Of a DNA stretch of 64,000 nucleotides, positions 27,265 to 40,241 are shown piece after piece (within the stretch, counting starts at the first letter, position 1; the number at the start of each line of letters is the position of its first letter). The DNA comes from Kofleriaceae bacterium (GTDB lineage Bacteria; Myxococcota_A; Polyangia; Haliangiales; Haliangiaceae): NCBI GenBank assembly GCA_965215005.1, contig CBDCCZ010000032.1, forward strand, positions 18,993 through 82,992, read 5' to 3'. A program made the position numbers and the translations under genes. The notes below the pieces were generated by a model that worked only from the letters and a program-made list of their open reading frames with translations, searched no databases and was not told the DNA's origin.

Positions 27265-27569
27265 AACGTGCGGGCGATGACGGATTGCAGCACGACGAGC
27301 GGGACCGGTGTCTGCGGTTCCTCGCTCCGCTCCTGGGCCGATTCTGCACGCGGCCTTGGCGAAGCTCATCGACCTGCCCGATGCGAAATCATGGTGTGAC
27401 CAATGCTACGAAGGCGCCGGGAGCCTGCACGAAGGGACGAATGAGCCTGACGGGGAGCGCCGAATGTCTCGCATACTGTCCACGCAACCTGCTGAAATTA
27501 AAGAATCCGGAAAGTCTGTGATCAAATCCGGAGGTGACGCTCCAGCATTCGGCGCACATTGAAACCCGA

Positions 27570-28310
27570 ATGAACGCCGCCAGCTCTACTCAGCCCGCCG
27601 CGTCGGACACGCCGCCTACGCGGGAGCACGCCCTGCTTTCGCTGCTGCGCGTGCTCAGTCACGACGTGCGCACGCCGCTGCAAGCGGTCATGGTCGCCTG
27701 CGAGCTCCTCGATGAAGGCACCGCCGGCGCAGTCCGCAGCCGTCTGCAAAAAAGCGCCGATCGCTCGTTGCGCGTCATCAGCGACAGCGTCGACTACGCG
27801 CGGCTCTTGCTAGGTCACGACTTTGGTCCCGCCTCGCCGGTGTCGCTGCACGACCTGTTCTTGCGTCACCAGCAAGAGGAGGAGACACCACTGCTTCGGC
27901 TCGAGGGCGCCAAAGGGGCCGCGACCGGCATGTGGAACACCTATCTGATGGAGCGGCTCACGCTGCGTCTCCTCGGCATGGTGCGCGACGCCAACGAGCC
28001 CATCGAAGGCCGCTTCGAGCGCCACGACGACCGCATCAGCCTCGAGCTCGAAGGCCGCGCGCTGGTCACCGACCGCCGCCTGCGCCGTCTCGGCGGCAGC
28101 GATCCGCACACGGAGGTCGGCAGCACCGAGGATCTTGCGCCGCTTTTGGTCACGGGCATCGCCGAGGCGCACGGCGGCTCCGTCACGCTTGACACCTCGG
28201 CGACGTCAGCGACCGCTCGCATCGAGCTTCCTCGCGACGCGTCGGAGGCGCTGGTCGCGGTGCGCAATGCCCGCCTCGCCGAGCTCGCGCGGATCCCCTC
28301 GCCGTCGTAG
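27570..28310 (+). CDS. HisKA protein with a degenerate ATP-binding domain
   Basis: LSHDVRTPL H-box and IAEAHGGSVTL...IELP tail; no recognisable N, G1 or G2 boxes; alternative start GTG 27534. Confidence 0.65.
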   Translation: MNAASSTQPAASDTPPTREHALLSLLRVLSHDVRTPLQAVMVACELLDEGTAGAVRSRLQKSADRSLRVISDSVDYARLLLGHDFGPASPVSLHDLFLRHQQEEETPLLRLEGAKGAATGMWNTYLMERLTLRLLGMVRDANEPIEGRFERHDDRISLELEGRALVTDRRLRRLGGSDPHTEVGSTEDLAPLLVTGIAEAHGGSVTLDTSATSATARIELPRDASEALVAVRNARLAELARIPSPS

Positions 28311-28357
28311 CCATAGCGGCTGCCGGTCTATCGACCGCTGCAGCGTACAATCCACCG

Positions 28358-29548
28358 CTACAGCTCGTCGCTCGCGAAGGTCTGGACGTCGCGGATATGA
28401 TCGGCGCCGCAGATCATCATCGCCAAGCGGTCGACGCCCAGCGCAATGCCGCCGCATGGCGGCAGTCCCTCTTCGAGCGCGACCAGCAGTGACTCATCGA
28501 CGGGATACACCGGCAAGCCGCGCTCGCGTCGCTCGGCCTGATCCGAGCCAAAGCGCGCGCGTTGCTCGATGGGATCCGTGAGCTCACCGAACGCATTGGC
28601 CAGCTCGATGCCGCCGCAGTACGCCTCGAAGCGCTCTACCACCGCCGGCTGGCCTGGTTTGCGCCGCGCCAGCGCCGCCAGCCGAGCTGGCCAGTCGACC
28701 AGAAACAACGGTCGCTCGAGCGCCGCCAGCGCCGGCTCCACCCGCTCGACGAAGGCACAGAAGAACACGTCGTCCCAGCGCTCGGCGGTGCCCGTGTCGA
28801 TGCCCGCCGCGGTCACCGCGGCAGCCAAGGTTGCCGCGGACTCATCGCCCCGCACCTGCACGCCGGCGTAGCGCTCCATCGCCTCGGCCACCGACAACCG
28901 CGGCCACGGCGGCGACACGTCGAGCTCCCGGCCAGCGACCACAACCCTCGGCGCGCCGCGCACCGCCATTGCCACCGCCGCCACCAGCGCTTCGGTGTCG
29001 GCCAAGATCGCGTCGAGCCCGCTCCACGCCCGATACCACTCGAGCATCGTAAATTCGCTGGCGTGATGAGGTCCGTCCTCCTCTACGCGCGCGCATTTGC
29101 AGACCGTAAAGATGCGCTCGAGGCCCGCGGCCAATAGGCGCTTCATCTGATACTCGGGCGAGGTAATCAGCCATTGATCGCCTGCCTGCAGCGCCCGCAG
29201 GTGAACCTCGAGCCCGGGCGAAGGCACCACCAGAGGCGTCTCCACCTCGATGAACTCGCGCGCCGCGAAGAATTCGCGCAGCGCCGCCAGCATCTGACCG
29301 CGTCGCCGGAGGTTGTCGAGACGGCGCCGCGGCAGGCGCAGAGTCTCAGCGCCAGGCCTCGGATAGTCGCCACCGCGATAGCCGACGACGACCTGCAGCG
29401 CGCCGCACTCGTCGCTCTCCACCAGGTCGCCGGCAGCGATGTCAGCGACCAGCGGCACTTCGAGCTCGCGCGCCTCGGTACGGATGATCAGCGAGCGCTC
29501 CGTGACTGCCAGAACCCGGCCACGCACCCTCACCGGCTCGCTTGCCAC
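28358..29548 (-). CDS. epmA: EF-P lysine aminoacylase (GenX/PoxA)
   Basis: FIEVETP, LITSPEYQMKRLLAAG, EFTMLEWYR, ERFE...ELANAFGELTD, GIALGVDRL; adjacent to efp. Confidence 0.93.
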   Translation of the reverse strand: MASEPVRVRGRVLAVTERSLIIRTEARELEVPLVADIAAGDLVESDECGALQVVVGYRGGDYPRPGAETLRLPRRRLDNLRRRGQMLAALREFFAAREFIEVETPLVVPSPGLEVHLRALQAGDQWLITSPEYQMKRLLAAGLERIFTVCKCARVEEDGPHHASEFTMLEWYRAWSGLDAILADTEALVAAVAMAVRGAPRVVVAGRELDVSPPWPRLSVAEAMERYAGVQVRGDESAATLAAAVTAAGIDTGTAERWDDVFFCAFVERVEPALAALERPLFLVDWPARLAALARRKPGQPAVVERFEAYCGGIELANAFGELTDPIEQRARFGSDQAERRERGLPVYPVDESLLVALEEGLPPCGGIALGVDRLAMMICGADHIRDVQTFASDEL

Positions 29549-29549
29549 G

Positions 29550-30113
<564 letters not shown>

Positions 30114-30119
30114 TGGCTC

Positions 30120-30149
30120 GGAATACCCGAGTGAAACCAGACGTGTCAA
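30120..30149 (-). promoter_or_regulatory. efp promoter (leaderless type)
   Basis: TTGACA-N18-TATTCC, 6 nt before the ATG. Confidence 0.55.
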
Positions 30150-30247
30150 CGGATTGCGGCGCCGTCCGCAGCGACCATCACGGCGCTCCCGCGGCCCCGC
30201 TCGATGCGCCGTTGCGTCTCGGTCAGCCGGTCTGCTACCTCTTCGCC

Positions 30248-30553
30248 ATGGCCTCCTTCTGCTGGAAATGCAGCAACGAGCTGTACTTCGACGTCAAGGT
30301 CGGCATCAAGGTGGGTCGCCACGACGACTGCCCGCACTGCGCCGCGGATCTCAAGGTGTGCAAGAACTGCCAAAATTACGACCCTGGCGTGCACAACCAG
30401 TGTCGGGAGACTTCCGCCGAGTTCATCCGCGACCGCGAGCGCGCCAACTTCTGCACCCACTTCGTCTTCGCCGACAGCGACGCCCCCGCGGTTCAGCCCG
30501 ACATCGATGCCGCCAAAGCCAAGCTCGAGGCGATGTTCAAGAACCTCAAGTAA
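30248..30553 (+). CDS. small Cys-rich putative metal-binding protein
   Basis: CWKC, CPHC, CKNC, NQCRE, ANFC; strong high-GC codon bias. Confidence 0.85.
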   Translation: MASFCWKCSNELYFDVKVGIKVGRHDDCPHCAADLKVCKNCQNYDPGVHNQCRETSAEFIRDRERANFCTHFVFADSDAPAVQPDIDAAKAKLEAMFKNLK

Positions 30554-30629
30554 CGCCGCGGCGCGTTCGGCCTCCAAACCGGCCGAGCGCACGTGATTTC
30601 GGCACCCTGACCGTGATATCACTCGGGTC

Positions 30630-31151
30630 GTGGATCAGGCCGACCGCTACTATCAGCTGTCCCTACTCGGCCGCGATGCGTTCCTGCGCTCGGTGGCCGA
30701 TGCGGCTCTGGTGCGGCGGCGCGGCGGCGAGGGCACGGGGCGAAGTCGCGGCCAGCTCAACGAGAATCTGACCGAAGAAGATACGTTGATCGCCGGTTTG
30801 GCGGGCCGTTCCCCCAGCGGCTCGGGCGTCACCGGTGATCTGGAGATCTATCCTCTCGCCAAGAAGGCCGGCGCGCCGTTCGCCGACCGCATCACCGTGG
30901 GCCGCACCGCCAACAACGATGTCGTTCTCAAAGACATCACCGTGTCCCGCTTTCACGTCTACTTTCGTCATCGCGATCAGCAGTGGACGGTGTGCGACGC
31001 CGGCTCCAAGAACGGCACCAGCCTCGATGGGGCGCCGATGGAGCCGCGCAAGGAGCTCGACCTGATTTCCGGCGCGCGCCTGCGCATCGGCGATCTCGAG
31101 ACTACCTTTTATCTCGCGCCGGCGCTCTTCGACCTGCTCCAGAAGCCGTGA
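30630..31151 (+). CDS. FHA-domain protein
   Basis: ITVGRTANNDVVL...VSRFH...DAGSKNGT. Confidence 0.9.
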   Translation: MDQADRYYQLSLLGRDAFLRSVADAALVRRRGGEGTGRSRGQLNENLTEEDTLIAGLAGRSPSGSGVTGDLEIYPLAKKAGAPFADRITVGRTANNDVVLKDITVSRFHVYFRHRDQQWTVCDAGSKNGTSLDGAPMEPRKELDLISGARLRIGDLETTFYLAPALFDLLQKP

Positions 31152-31223
31152 ACCAGCTCTACCGGCGGGGAACCTCGGCCTAGAGCACTCGACCGCGGAC
31201 GAGCTCGGCGCTAGCCTGCGGTG

Positions 31224-31571
31224 GTGAGCGAGCTCAGCGACGACCCCACCACCGACGTCATCGATTTTGCGGCCCGCGAGCTGTGCCCGGATGGGGCCTG
31301 CATCGGCATCATCGGCCCCGATGGGCGCTGCCGTGAGTGCCACCTTGCCGGCCGCAGAGCAGTCCTAGACCCGCGTCGCGCGGGGCTGCGCAGCACCGGC
31401 GAAGTCCAAGCCGAGCTCGAGGCCAACATCATCGTCCACGACTTGGCCGCTCCTCCCGACGACTTCGACGACCGCCAGCTGTGCCCGGATGGCGCCTGCA
31501 TTGGCGTGCTTGGCGCCGATGGCCGTTGCAGCGCCTGCGGCCGCACCGCCAGCGCAGCGACGTCTCCTTGA
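31224..31571 (+). CDS. small protein with two CPDGACIG..G.DGRC..C motifs
   Basis: RELCPDGACIGIIGPDGRCREC and RQLCPDGACIGVLGADGRCSAC; TAGCCT 6 nt before GTG 31224. Confidence 0.75.
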   Translation: MSELSDDPTTDVIDFAARELCPDGACIGIIGPDGRCRECHLAGRRAVLDPRRAGLRSTGEVQAELEANIIVHDLAAPPDDFDDRQLCPDGACIGVLGADGRCSACGRTASAATSP

Positions 31572-31626
31572 CAAGGGTGTGGGACTGGGGCACAACCTCA
31601 AATACCCGCATATCCCGATGGGAAAC
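31568..31626 (+). promoter_or_regulatory. putative promoter and Rrf2-type operator of the sulfur cluster
   Basis: TTGACA at 31568 with a weak -10 (CACAAC) 17 nt later; ATACCCGCATATCCCGATGGGAAAC (31602-31626) partly matches the 25-bp IscR type-1 pattern. Confidence 0.5.
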
Positions 31627-31629
31627 CTG

Positions 31630-32103
31630 ATGAGGCTCTCCACCAAAACCCGGTACGGCGTCCGCGCAATCTTCGATATCGCCTATCACAACCAGGATCA
31701 GCCTGGGGTGGCGGCGCAAGCCAAAGACATCGCCCGCCGGGAAGACATCCCCCTGCGCTATCTCGAGCAGATCTTTCAGGATCTGAAACGTGCGGGGCTG
31801 GTCGAATCCAAGCGCGGCCCGCGCGGCGGCTATTACCTGAAGCGCGAGCCCCAGAACATCACGCTCGGCGACGTCGTACGCGCCCTCCAGGGCCCCATCG
31901 AAGAGATGTTCGTCGTCGAGAACACCGGCGACAAAGCGGAGCCCGTGGTGACGTCTCGCGATGTCACCGTGACGCTGTGGAAAGAGCTCGCCGACCACGT
32001 CTCCAGCTGGTTTGACAACGTGAGCATCATCGATCTGGTGCGTCGCGGCGAGGAGCTCGGCCTGCCGCGCACCGGCAGCGGCCAGCCCATGTACTTCATC
32101 TGA
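31630..32103 (+). CDS. cymR: Rrf2-family regulator, CymR-like
   Basis: MRLSTKTRYG, YLEQIF, SKRGPRGGY; no cysteines; ends MYFI; directly upstream of cysK. Confidence 0.75.
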   Translation: MRLSTKTRYGVRAIFDIAYHNQDQPGVAAQAKDIARREDIPLRYLEQIFQDLKRAGLVESKRGPRGGYYLKREPQNITLGDVVRALQGPIEEMFVVENTGDKAEPVVTSRDVTVTLWKELADHVSSWFDNVSIIDLVRRGEELGLPRTGSGQPMYFI

Positions 32104-32107
32104 CGCC

Positions 32108-33758
<1,651 letters not shown>

Positions 33759-33762
<4 letters not shown>

Positions 33763-35024
33763 GCGCGCCACCGTCTCTCGAATCTGCTCACACCACGATG
33801 CGCGGCCTCAAGTGCCGCGAGTGCGGCGCCGCGTATGAGCATGGACCAACCCACGTCTGCGAGCTCTGCTTTGGGCCGCTCGAGGTCGACTACGATTATG
33901 AGCGCATCGCCAAGCTGCTGAGCCGGCAGGTCATCGAAGCACGGCCCTTCAACATGTGGCGCTATCGCGAGCTATTGCCGATTGCCGCGGCCGAGCCCGC
34001 GGTGGGCAAGCTCGTTGGCGGCACCCCGCTGGTTCGCGCCGACCGCCTCGCCGCAGCGCTCGGGGTCCGCGAGCTGTGGGTAAAAAACGATGCGGTCTGT
34101 CACCCGACGCTGTCGTTCAAGGATCGCGTCGTGTCCGTCGCGCTGTCGCGGGCGCTCGAGCTCGGCTTCGACACCGTCGGCTGCGCCTCCACCGGCAATC
34201 TCGCCAACTCCGTGGCCGCCAATGCCGCGTCCGTCGGGCTGCCTGCATTCATCTTCATCCCCAAGACGCTCGAGGCCATCAAGGTGCTCGGCACCCAGAT
34301 CTACGGCGCGCGCGTCATCGCGATCGACGGCACCTACGATGAAGTCAACCGCCTATGCGCCGAGATCGCCGGCAAGTACCCGTGGGCCTTTGCCAACATC
34401 AACTTGCGTCCGTACTACGCCGAGGGCTCGAAGACCTACGCCTATGAGATCGCTGAGCAGCTCGGCTGGCAAACGCCCGATCACATCGTCTCGCCCATGG
34501 CCGGCGGCTCGCTCATCTGCAAGATCGACAAGGCGTGGCGCGAGCTCGCCACGCTGGGGCTGTTGAAAGAGCCCGCTCGCACCAAGATTCACGGCGCGCA
34601 AGCCGCTGGTTGTGCGCCGATCGTCGAGGCGGTGCTGGCTGGGCGCGAGCTGATAAAGCCGGTCAAGACCCCCGACACCATCGCGCGCTCGCTCGCCATC
34701 GGTAACCCCGCGGATGGGTTCTACGCCATCCGCACCATCACTGGCAGCGGCGGCTGGGGCGCGATGCCAACCGATCCGCAGATTCTCGCCGCGATGCGGC
34801 TGTTGGCGGAGACCGAGGGCATCTTCACCGAAACCGCCGGAGGCGTCACCGTCGCCGCGACCAAGCTCCTCATCGAGCAGGGTAAAATCGCCCGTGATGA
34901 GTCGGTCGTGGTGTGTGTGACCGGCCAAGGCCTCAAAACCACCGATCCTCTGGTGCCGGCGCTGCCGCCACCGCGGGTGATTTCGCCCAAGCTCTCCGAT
35001 TTCGACGCGATTGCAAAGGACTAG
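33759..35024 (+). CDS. threonine synthase-like PLP enzyme
   Basis: N-terminal CREC/CELC, PTLSFKDR, ASTGNLA, EGSKT, MAGGSL, SLAIGNPADG, ETAGG. Confidence 0.88.
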
Positions 35025-35029
35025 TCGAC

Positions 35030-35302
35030 ATGGCCACCGTTCGAATCCCCACGCCCCTGCGCAAGCTAACCCAAGGTGCCGAGGAGGTCTCGGCCGCCGG
35101 CGGCACCGTCGGCGAGGTCCTAACGGATCTCGAGAAGAACTATCCGGGCATCAAAGCGCGCATCTGCGACGACAGTGGCCAAGTGCGCCGATTCGTCAAC
35201 ATCTTCGCCAACGACGAAGACATTCGCTTTCTCGACAATCTCGAGACCCGCGTTGCCGAGGGCGATGAGGTCTCGATCGTACCAGCCATCGCAGGAGGCT
35301 GA
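35030..35302 (+). CDS. MoaD/ThiS/CysO-type ubiquitin-like sulfur carrier
   Basis: VRIPTPLRKLT...RRFVNIFAN.EDIRFL...SIVPAIAGG; C-terminal Gly-Gly. Confidence 0.93.
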   Translation: MATVRIPTPLRKLTQGAEEVSAAGGTVGEVLTDLEKNYPGIKARICDDSGQVRRFVNIFANDEDIRFLDNLETRVAEGDEVSIVPAIAGG

Positions 35303-35554
35303 TTGGCGGCTTTCATCCACAAGCGGGTGTACTTGACGTATCCCGCCGCGCTGGTGCGCGAGCCGATCGTTTGCCAGATGTACGATCGCTTGCGGGTCGA
35401 GTTCAACCTGCGAACCGCGAGCGTCACCGATGAGATTGGCATCATAGGGCTCGAGCTGCGCGGCAGCGCCGAAGCCGTCGCAGAGGCCATCGCGTTCTTT
35501 CGCGAGCGCGGCGTGCGCGTCGAGCCTATCGAGCTCGACGTGGTAGCAGGATGA
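35303..35554 (+). CDS. stand-alone NIL-domain protein
   Basis: LTYP..LVREPIV...VEFNLRTASV...G...LELRG...AIAFFRERGVRVEP. Confidence 0.8.
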   Translation: MAAFIHKRVYLTYPAALVREPIVCQMYDRLRVEFNLRTASVTDEIGIIGLELRGSAEAVAEAIAFFRERGVRVEPIELDVVAG

Positions 35555-36051
35555 TGAGCCCGCCCCTGGAGAAACTCACCGACGAGCAGGTGCGGCGCTA
35601 CGCGCGCCATATCCTGCTCCCCGAGATTGGCGGCGTCGGGCAGCGCCGCTTGTTGGCCTCCGCGGTGCGGGTCGAAATCGGCCGCAGTGGCGCTGAGCTC
35701 GTTGCCCTGGCCTACCTGGCAGCCGCCGGCGTGGGGCATCTATATCTCGAGGGCGCCGTTGATGCGCCCATCGAAGCCAACGAGGTGGCGGCGGGCATCG
35801 TGTTTGGAACCGCCGAGGTCGGTTGCTCGCGGCTCGAGGCGATCACCGCGCGCCTTCACGCGCTCAATCCCGACGTCCGCGTCTATCACGGCGAACGCGC
35901 GCCGGCGAGCGCGACGCGCCTGCACCTTGACCTGCGCAGCGAAGCAATCCCAACGTCCGCGGAAGATGCCTGCGCCCGCGCCCTCATCGCTGGCGGCAGC
36001 GCCGCCGTGCAAGTCCTCGCGCAGCTGACCTCTACCCATGAGCTTGCATAG
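35551..36051 (+). CDS. degenerate ThiF/MoeB-like protein keeping the N-terminal Arg-finger segment
   Basis: LTDEQVRRYARHILLPEIGGVGQRRLL, YLAAAGVG, LNPDV; no GxGGLG, SNLxRQ or CxxC. Confidence 0.75.
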   Translation: MMSPPLEKLTDEQVRRYARHILLPEIGGVGQRRLLASAVRVEIGRSGAELVALAYLAAAGVGHLYLEGAVDAPIEANEVAAGIVFGTAEVGCSRLEAITARLHALNPDVRVYHGERAPASATRLHLDLRSEAIPTSAEDACARALIAGGSAAVQVLAQLTSTHELA

Positions 36052-36968
36052 CAACGCGACCGTCACCTCGGTTCTCGAGCTCATCGGCAATACGCCGCTG
36101 GTACGCCTGCGATCGGTAGAAGCCCGCGCCGGCGGCAACGTCGAGATCTGGGCCAAGTGCGAATTTGAGAATCCCGGCGGCTCCGTCAAAGACCGCGCTG
36201 CGCGTCAAATGATCCTGCAAGCCCGCGCCGGCGGCCTTCTCGGCCCCGATAAAACGCTCATCGATTCGACCAGCGGCAACACGGGCGTCGCCTATTCGAT
36301 GATCTGCGCCGCCCTCGGCATTCCGTGCACGCTGGTGATGCCGGCCAACGTGTCGGTGGCGCGCAAGAACATCACTCAAGCCTACGGGACCAAGCTCATC
36401 TACTCCTCCGAGCTCGAAGGCTCCGACGGCGCGATTCGCTTGGTGCGCTCGCTGGTCGCCGAACATCCCGAGCGATACTTCTTCCCCGACCAATACTCCA
36501 ACGCCGCCAACCCCGGCGCGCACTACGCGACCACCGGTCCCGAGCTCATCCGCCAGCTCGGGGACCGCATCACCCACTTCGCCACTGGCATCGGCACCAC
36601 CGGCACCGTCATCGGCACCGGGCGGTTTCTCAAGGAGCACAACCCGGCGATCGAGGTCATCGCGATTCAGCCCGACGATGCTCTGCACGGCCTCGAGGGG
36701 CTCAAGCACCTACCGAGCTCGATCGTCCCGCGGATCTGGCAACCCGAAGGCATCGTCGATCGAATTCTCGAGATGCCCACCGACGAGGCGTGGGATGCCT
36801 CCGATCGGCTGGTGACGGAGGAGGGCCTGTTCGTCGGCCATTCCGCCGGCGGCAACGTCGCCGGTGCGCTGCGCATCGCTCGCGAAGCCGGTGACGGCGC
36901 CGTGGTGGTCACGATGCTCTGTGACCGCGGCGACCGCTACTTCAAGCCGATGAAATGGGAGCGTCACT

Positions 36969-36979
<11 letters not shown>
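36038..36979 (+). CDS. cysM: second cysteine synthase-family enzyme (CysM-like)
   Basis: NPGGSVKDRAA, DSTSGNTG, GIGTTGT, HGLEGLKH, CDRGDRY; next to a JAMM gene. Confidence 0.75.
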
Positions 36980-37453
<474 letters not shown>

Positions 37454-37457
<4 letters not shown>

Positions 37458-37771
37458 TGCGTCGGCTGGCGATCGTCGTCTCGACGCCGCTCGAGCGTCG
37501 CGACTTCGCCCTCGCCTGCGAGCTCGCCCGCGCCGGCTGCGCCGCCGCCGTCGACGTGAGCATCTTCTTCATGGACGAGGCGGTGCGCGAGCTGCCGCTG
37601 CATCGCGCGGTGCTCGACGCGCTGCTCGAGGACGGCTGCGACTTGCTCGCCTGCGCCACCAGCGCCACCGCCTGGAAGGTCGATGCCGAGCAGGTCGGCA
37701 TGCTGCTCGGCAGCCAAGACGATCACGCGGCGCTACTCGCGCGCGCCGATCGAGTGGTGGCGTTCACGTGA
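37454..37771 (+). CDS. DsrE/TusD-like sulfurtransferase
   Basis: VSIFFMDEAV, LLACATSA (conserved Cys), ADRVVAF. Confidence 0.8.
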
Positions 37772-37790
37772 GACGCGGCTAACGCTGGCG

Positions 37791-38042
37791 ATGCAACAGC
37801 GGATCGTCATCGTCGTTCGCGCGACCCGCCGTGAGCGCATCATCGAGGCGCTGCGCGCCGCGGTGGGGCTCACGCTGCGCGGCGCGTCTCTCGAGGTGGT
37901 GCTGGCGGAGAAGGTGCCCGATGGGCCGGACCTCGAGCGCGCCCTCGCGGTGTTGACCGCGTTTGGTCACCGGGTAAGCAGGCACGAGGACCGCATCGGC
38001 GTTGCGGTGCGCGGCGCTGACGTGGTGGAGGTGTGGACGTGA
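37791..38042 (+). CDS. short DsrF/TusC-like protein
   Basis: IVIVVR...EALRAAVGL...ADVVEVWT; no Cys. Confidence 0.65.
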   Translation: MQQRIVIVVRATRRERIIEALRAAVGLTLRGASLEVVLAEKVPDGPDLERALAVLTAFGHRVSRHEDRIGVAVRGADVVEVWT

Positions 38043-38194
38043 AAGAGCGGCGCCTCCTGCACCTGGTGCGCCGTGGGGCGAAACCGCCCGCGGCAGCCGT
38101 GGCACCCCACGATCGCGTGGTGTATACCGACGAAATCGATGGCCAGCGGCTCCTCGACTACATCTTCGCAGCCGACACCGTCGTCGTCTGGTGA
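38039..38194 (+). CDS. minimal DsrH/TusB-like protein, 51 aa (not in the ORF track)
   Basis: GTGA overlap with the previous stop; MKERRLLHLVRRGAKPPAAAVAPHDRVVYTDEIDGQRLLDYIFAADTVVVW. Confidence 0.65.
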   Translation: MKERRLLHLVRRGAKPPAAAVAPHDRVVYTDEIDGQRLLDYIFAADTVVVW

Positions 38195-38405
38195 GCTCGA
38201 TCTTTCCGGCGAGGTGTGCCCGTTCACCTTCGTGCGCACCAAGCTGGCGCTCGAAGAGCTGCCGTCGGGTGCGGTGTTGGCGGTGCGAGTCGACTACGAA
38301 CCAGCCAGTCGCAACGTCCCGCGCAGCGTCCGCGAGTGGGGCCACGTGGTCGAGCGTGTAGAGGCTTGCGAGGGCGCCTGGCGCATCGTGGTGCGCAAGC
38401 GCTGA
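38139..38405 (+). CDS. tusA: TusA-family sulfurtransferase
   Basis: LDLSGEVCPFTFVRTKLALEEL...VDYEPASRNVP; start uncertain. Confidence 0.85.
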   Translation: MASGSSTTSSQPTPSSSGELDLSGEVCPFTFVRTKLALEELPSGAVLAVRVDYEPASRNVPRSVREWGHVVERVEACEGAWRIVVRKR

Positions 38406-38430
38406 AGCGGTCATGCTACGCTCGCTCGTT

Positions 38431-39267
<837 letters not shown>

Positions 39268-39377
39268 CGATGCAGCCGGGGCTGGACGCAATGCGGCAGA
39301 GCTGCGGCGACATGAGGCATCGCGCCGCCAGTCATGGTGCGCACCCTCGGCCGAGGCATCGTCGCCGCGCCAGGATC

Positions 39378-40226
39378 ATGGTCTCGCTACCCGCGATGCT
39401 CGCGGTGGTGCTTGCTGCTGTGGACGCCGCGGCCGAGCCGCCCGCTGCCGCTCGCGCACCCGCCGATGAGCCGCCCGTTGCCGCGGCCATTCCGGTCATC
39501 GTCCCGCCGAGCGCATTGCCCAGCAGTGTGCTCGCAACTCCGGGCCCTGCGCTGCTACGAGCGGGATTGCAGCAAGCGCCTGCGGCGACCGTGAGCACCG
39601 TCATCGAGCCGCCCGCCCGCTTGCCGCGTTCGGTCACGGATCCGTCAGGACGCGCCCTGGCGAGCGAGCCGCCCGACAAACCGTCGAGCAAGAAAGATCT
39701 CGCGCGGGCCGAGAAGTCGGGCCCGAGCGATCCGCTGACGCGTCGCCGTTGGCACGCCCAGCTCGACCGTCGGCGCGGCAAGCCGCCGATCGCCGTCATC
39801 AACATCTTCAACACCTGGACTCACGAGTGGCTCCCGGTCGACGCGACCGGCCCCACGGTCCCGCCTGCGCCAGTCTGCGCGGGATTCTTCCGCTGTCACT
39901 TCACCAATGCCCCGGCGAACATGGACCCGCGGCTGCTAAACACTTTGGTAGCCGCCGCGCGTCACTTCAAGGTGCGCCGCGTTCACATCGTGAGCGGCTT
40001 CCGCTCGCCCAAGTACAACTTGATGTTGCGCAAGAAGGGCCGTGAGGTCGCCCGCGACAGCCAACATACCCGCGGCCACGCCGTCGATTTTCGTCTCCCG
40101 GGCGTTCCCATCGCCAAGCTCCACGCGTGGGCGCGGAGCCGCCGACTCGGCGGTGTTGGCTTGTACGTCGCCAGCGGCTTCATCCACATCGACGTGGGCC
40201 CGATCCGCTATTGGAACGGCAAGTGA
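39378..40226 (+). CDS. YcbK/DUF882 (MepK-like) M15 peptidase (start uncertain)
   Basis: SGFRSPKYN, SQHTRGHAVDF, GGVGLY, FIHIDVGPIRYW; hydrophobic N-terminus and Pro-rich linker. Confidence 0.85.
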   Translation: MVSLPAMLAVVLAAVDAAAEPPAAARAPADEPPVAAAIPVIVPPSALPSSVLATPGPALLRAGLQQAPAATVSTVIEPPARLPRSVTDPSGRALASEPPDKPSSKKDLARAEKSGPSDPLTRRRWHAQLDRRRGKPPIAVINIFNTWTHEWLPVDATGPTVPPAPVCAGFFRCHFTNAPANMDPRLLNTLVAAARHFKVRRVHIVSGFRSPKYNLMLRKKGREVARDSQHTRGHAVDFRLPGVPIAKLHAWARSRRLGGVGLYVASGFIHIDVGPIRYWNGK

Positions 40227-40241
40227 CCCCGAGCGCCCGCT

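Noticed and set aside
27285..27562. Short ORFs or an sRNA in the gap after uvrA
   Set aside because: No coding bias, motif or convincing structure; treated as regulatory DNA
31275..31345. CRECH as a heme c attachment site
   Set aside because: No signal peptide, and the second repeat copy has CSACG
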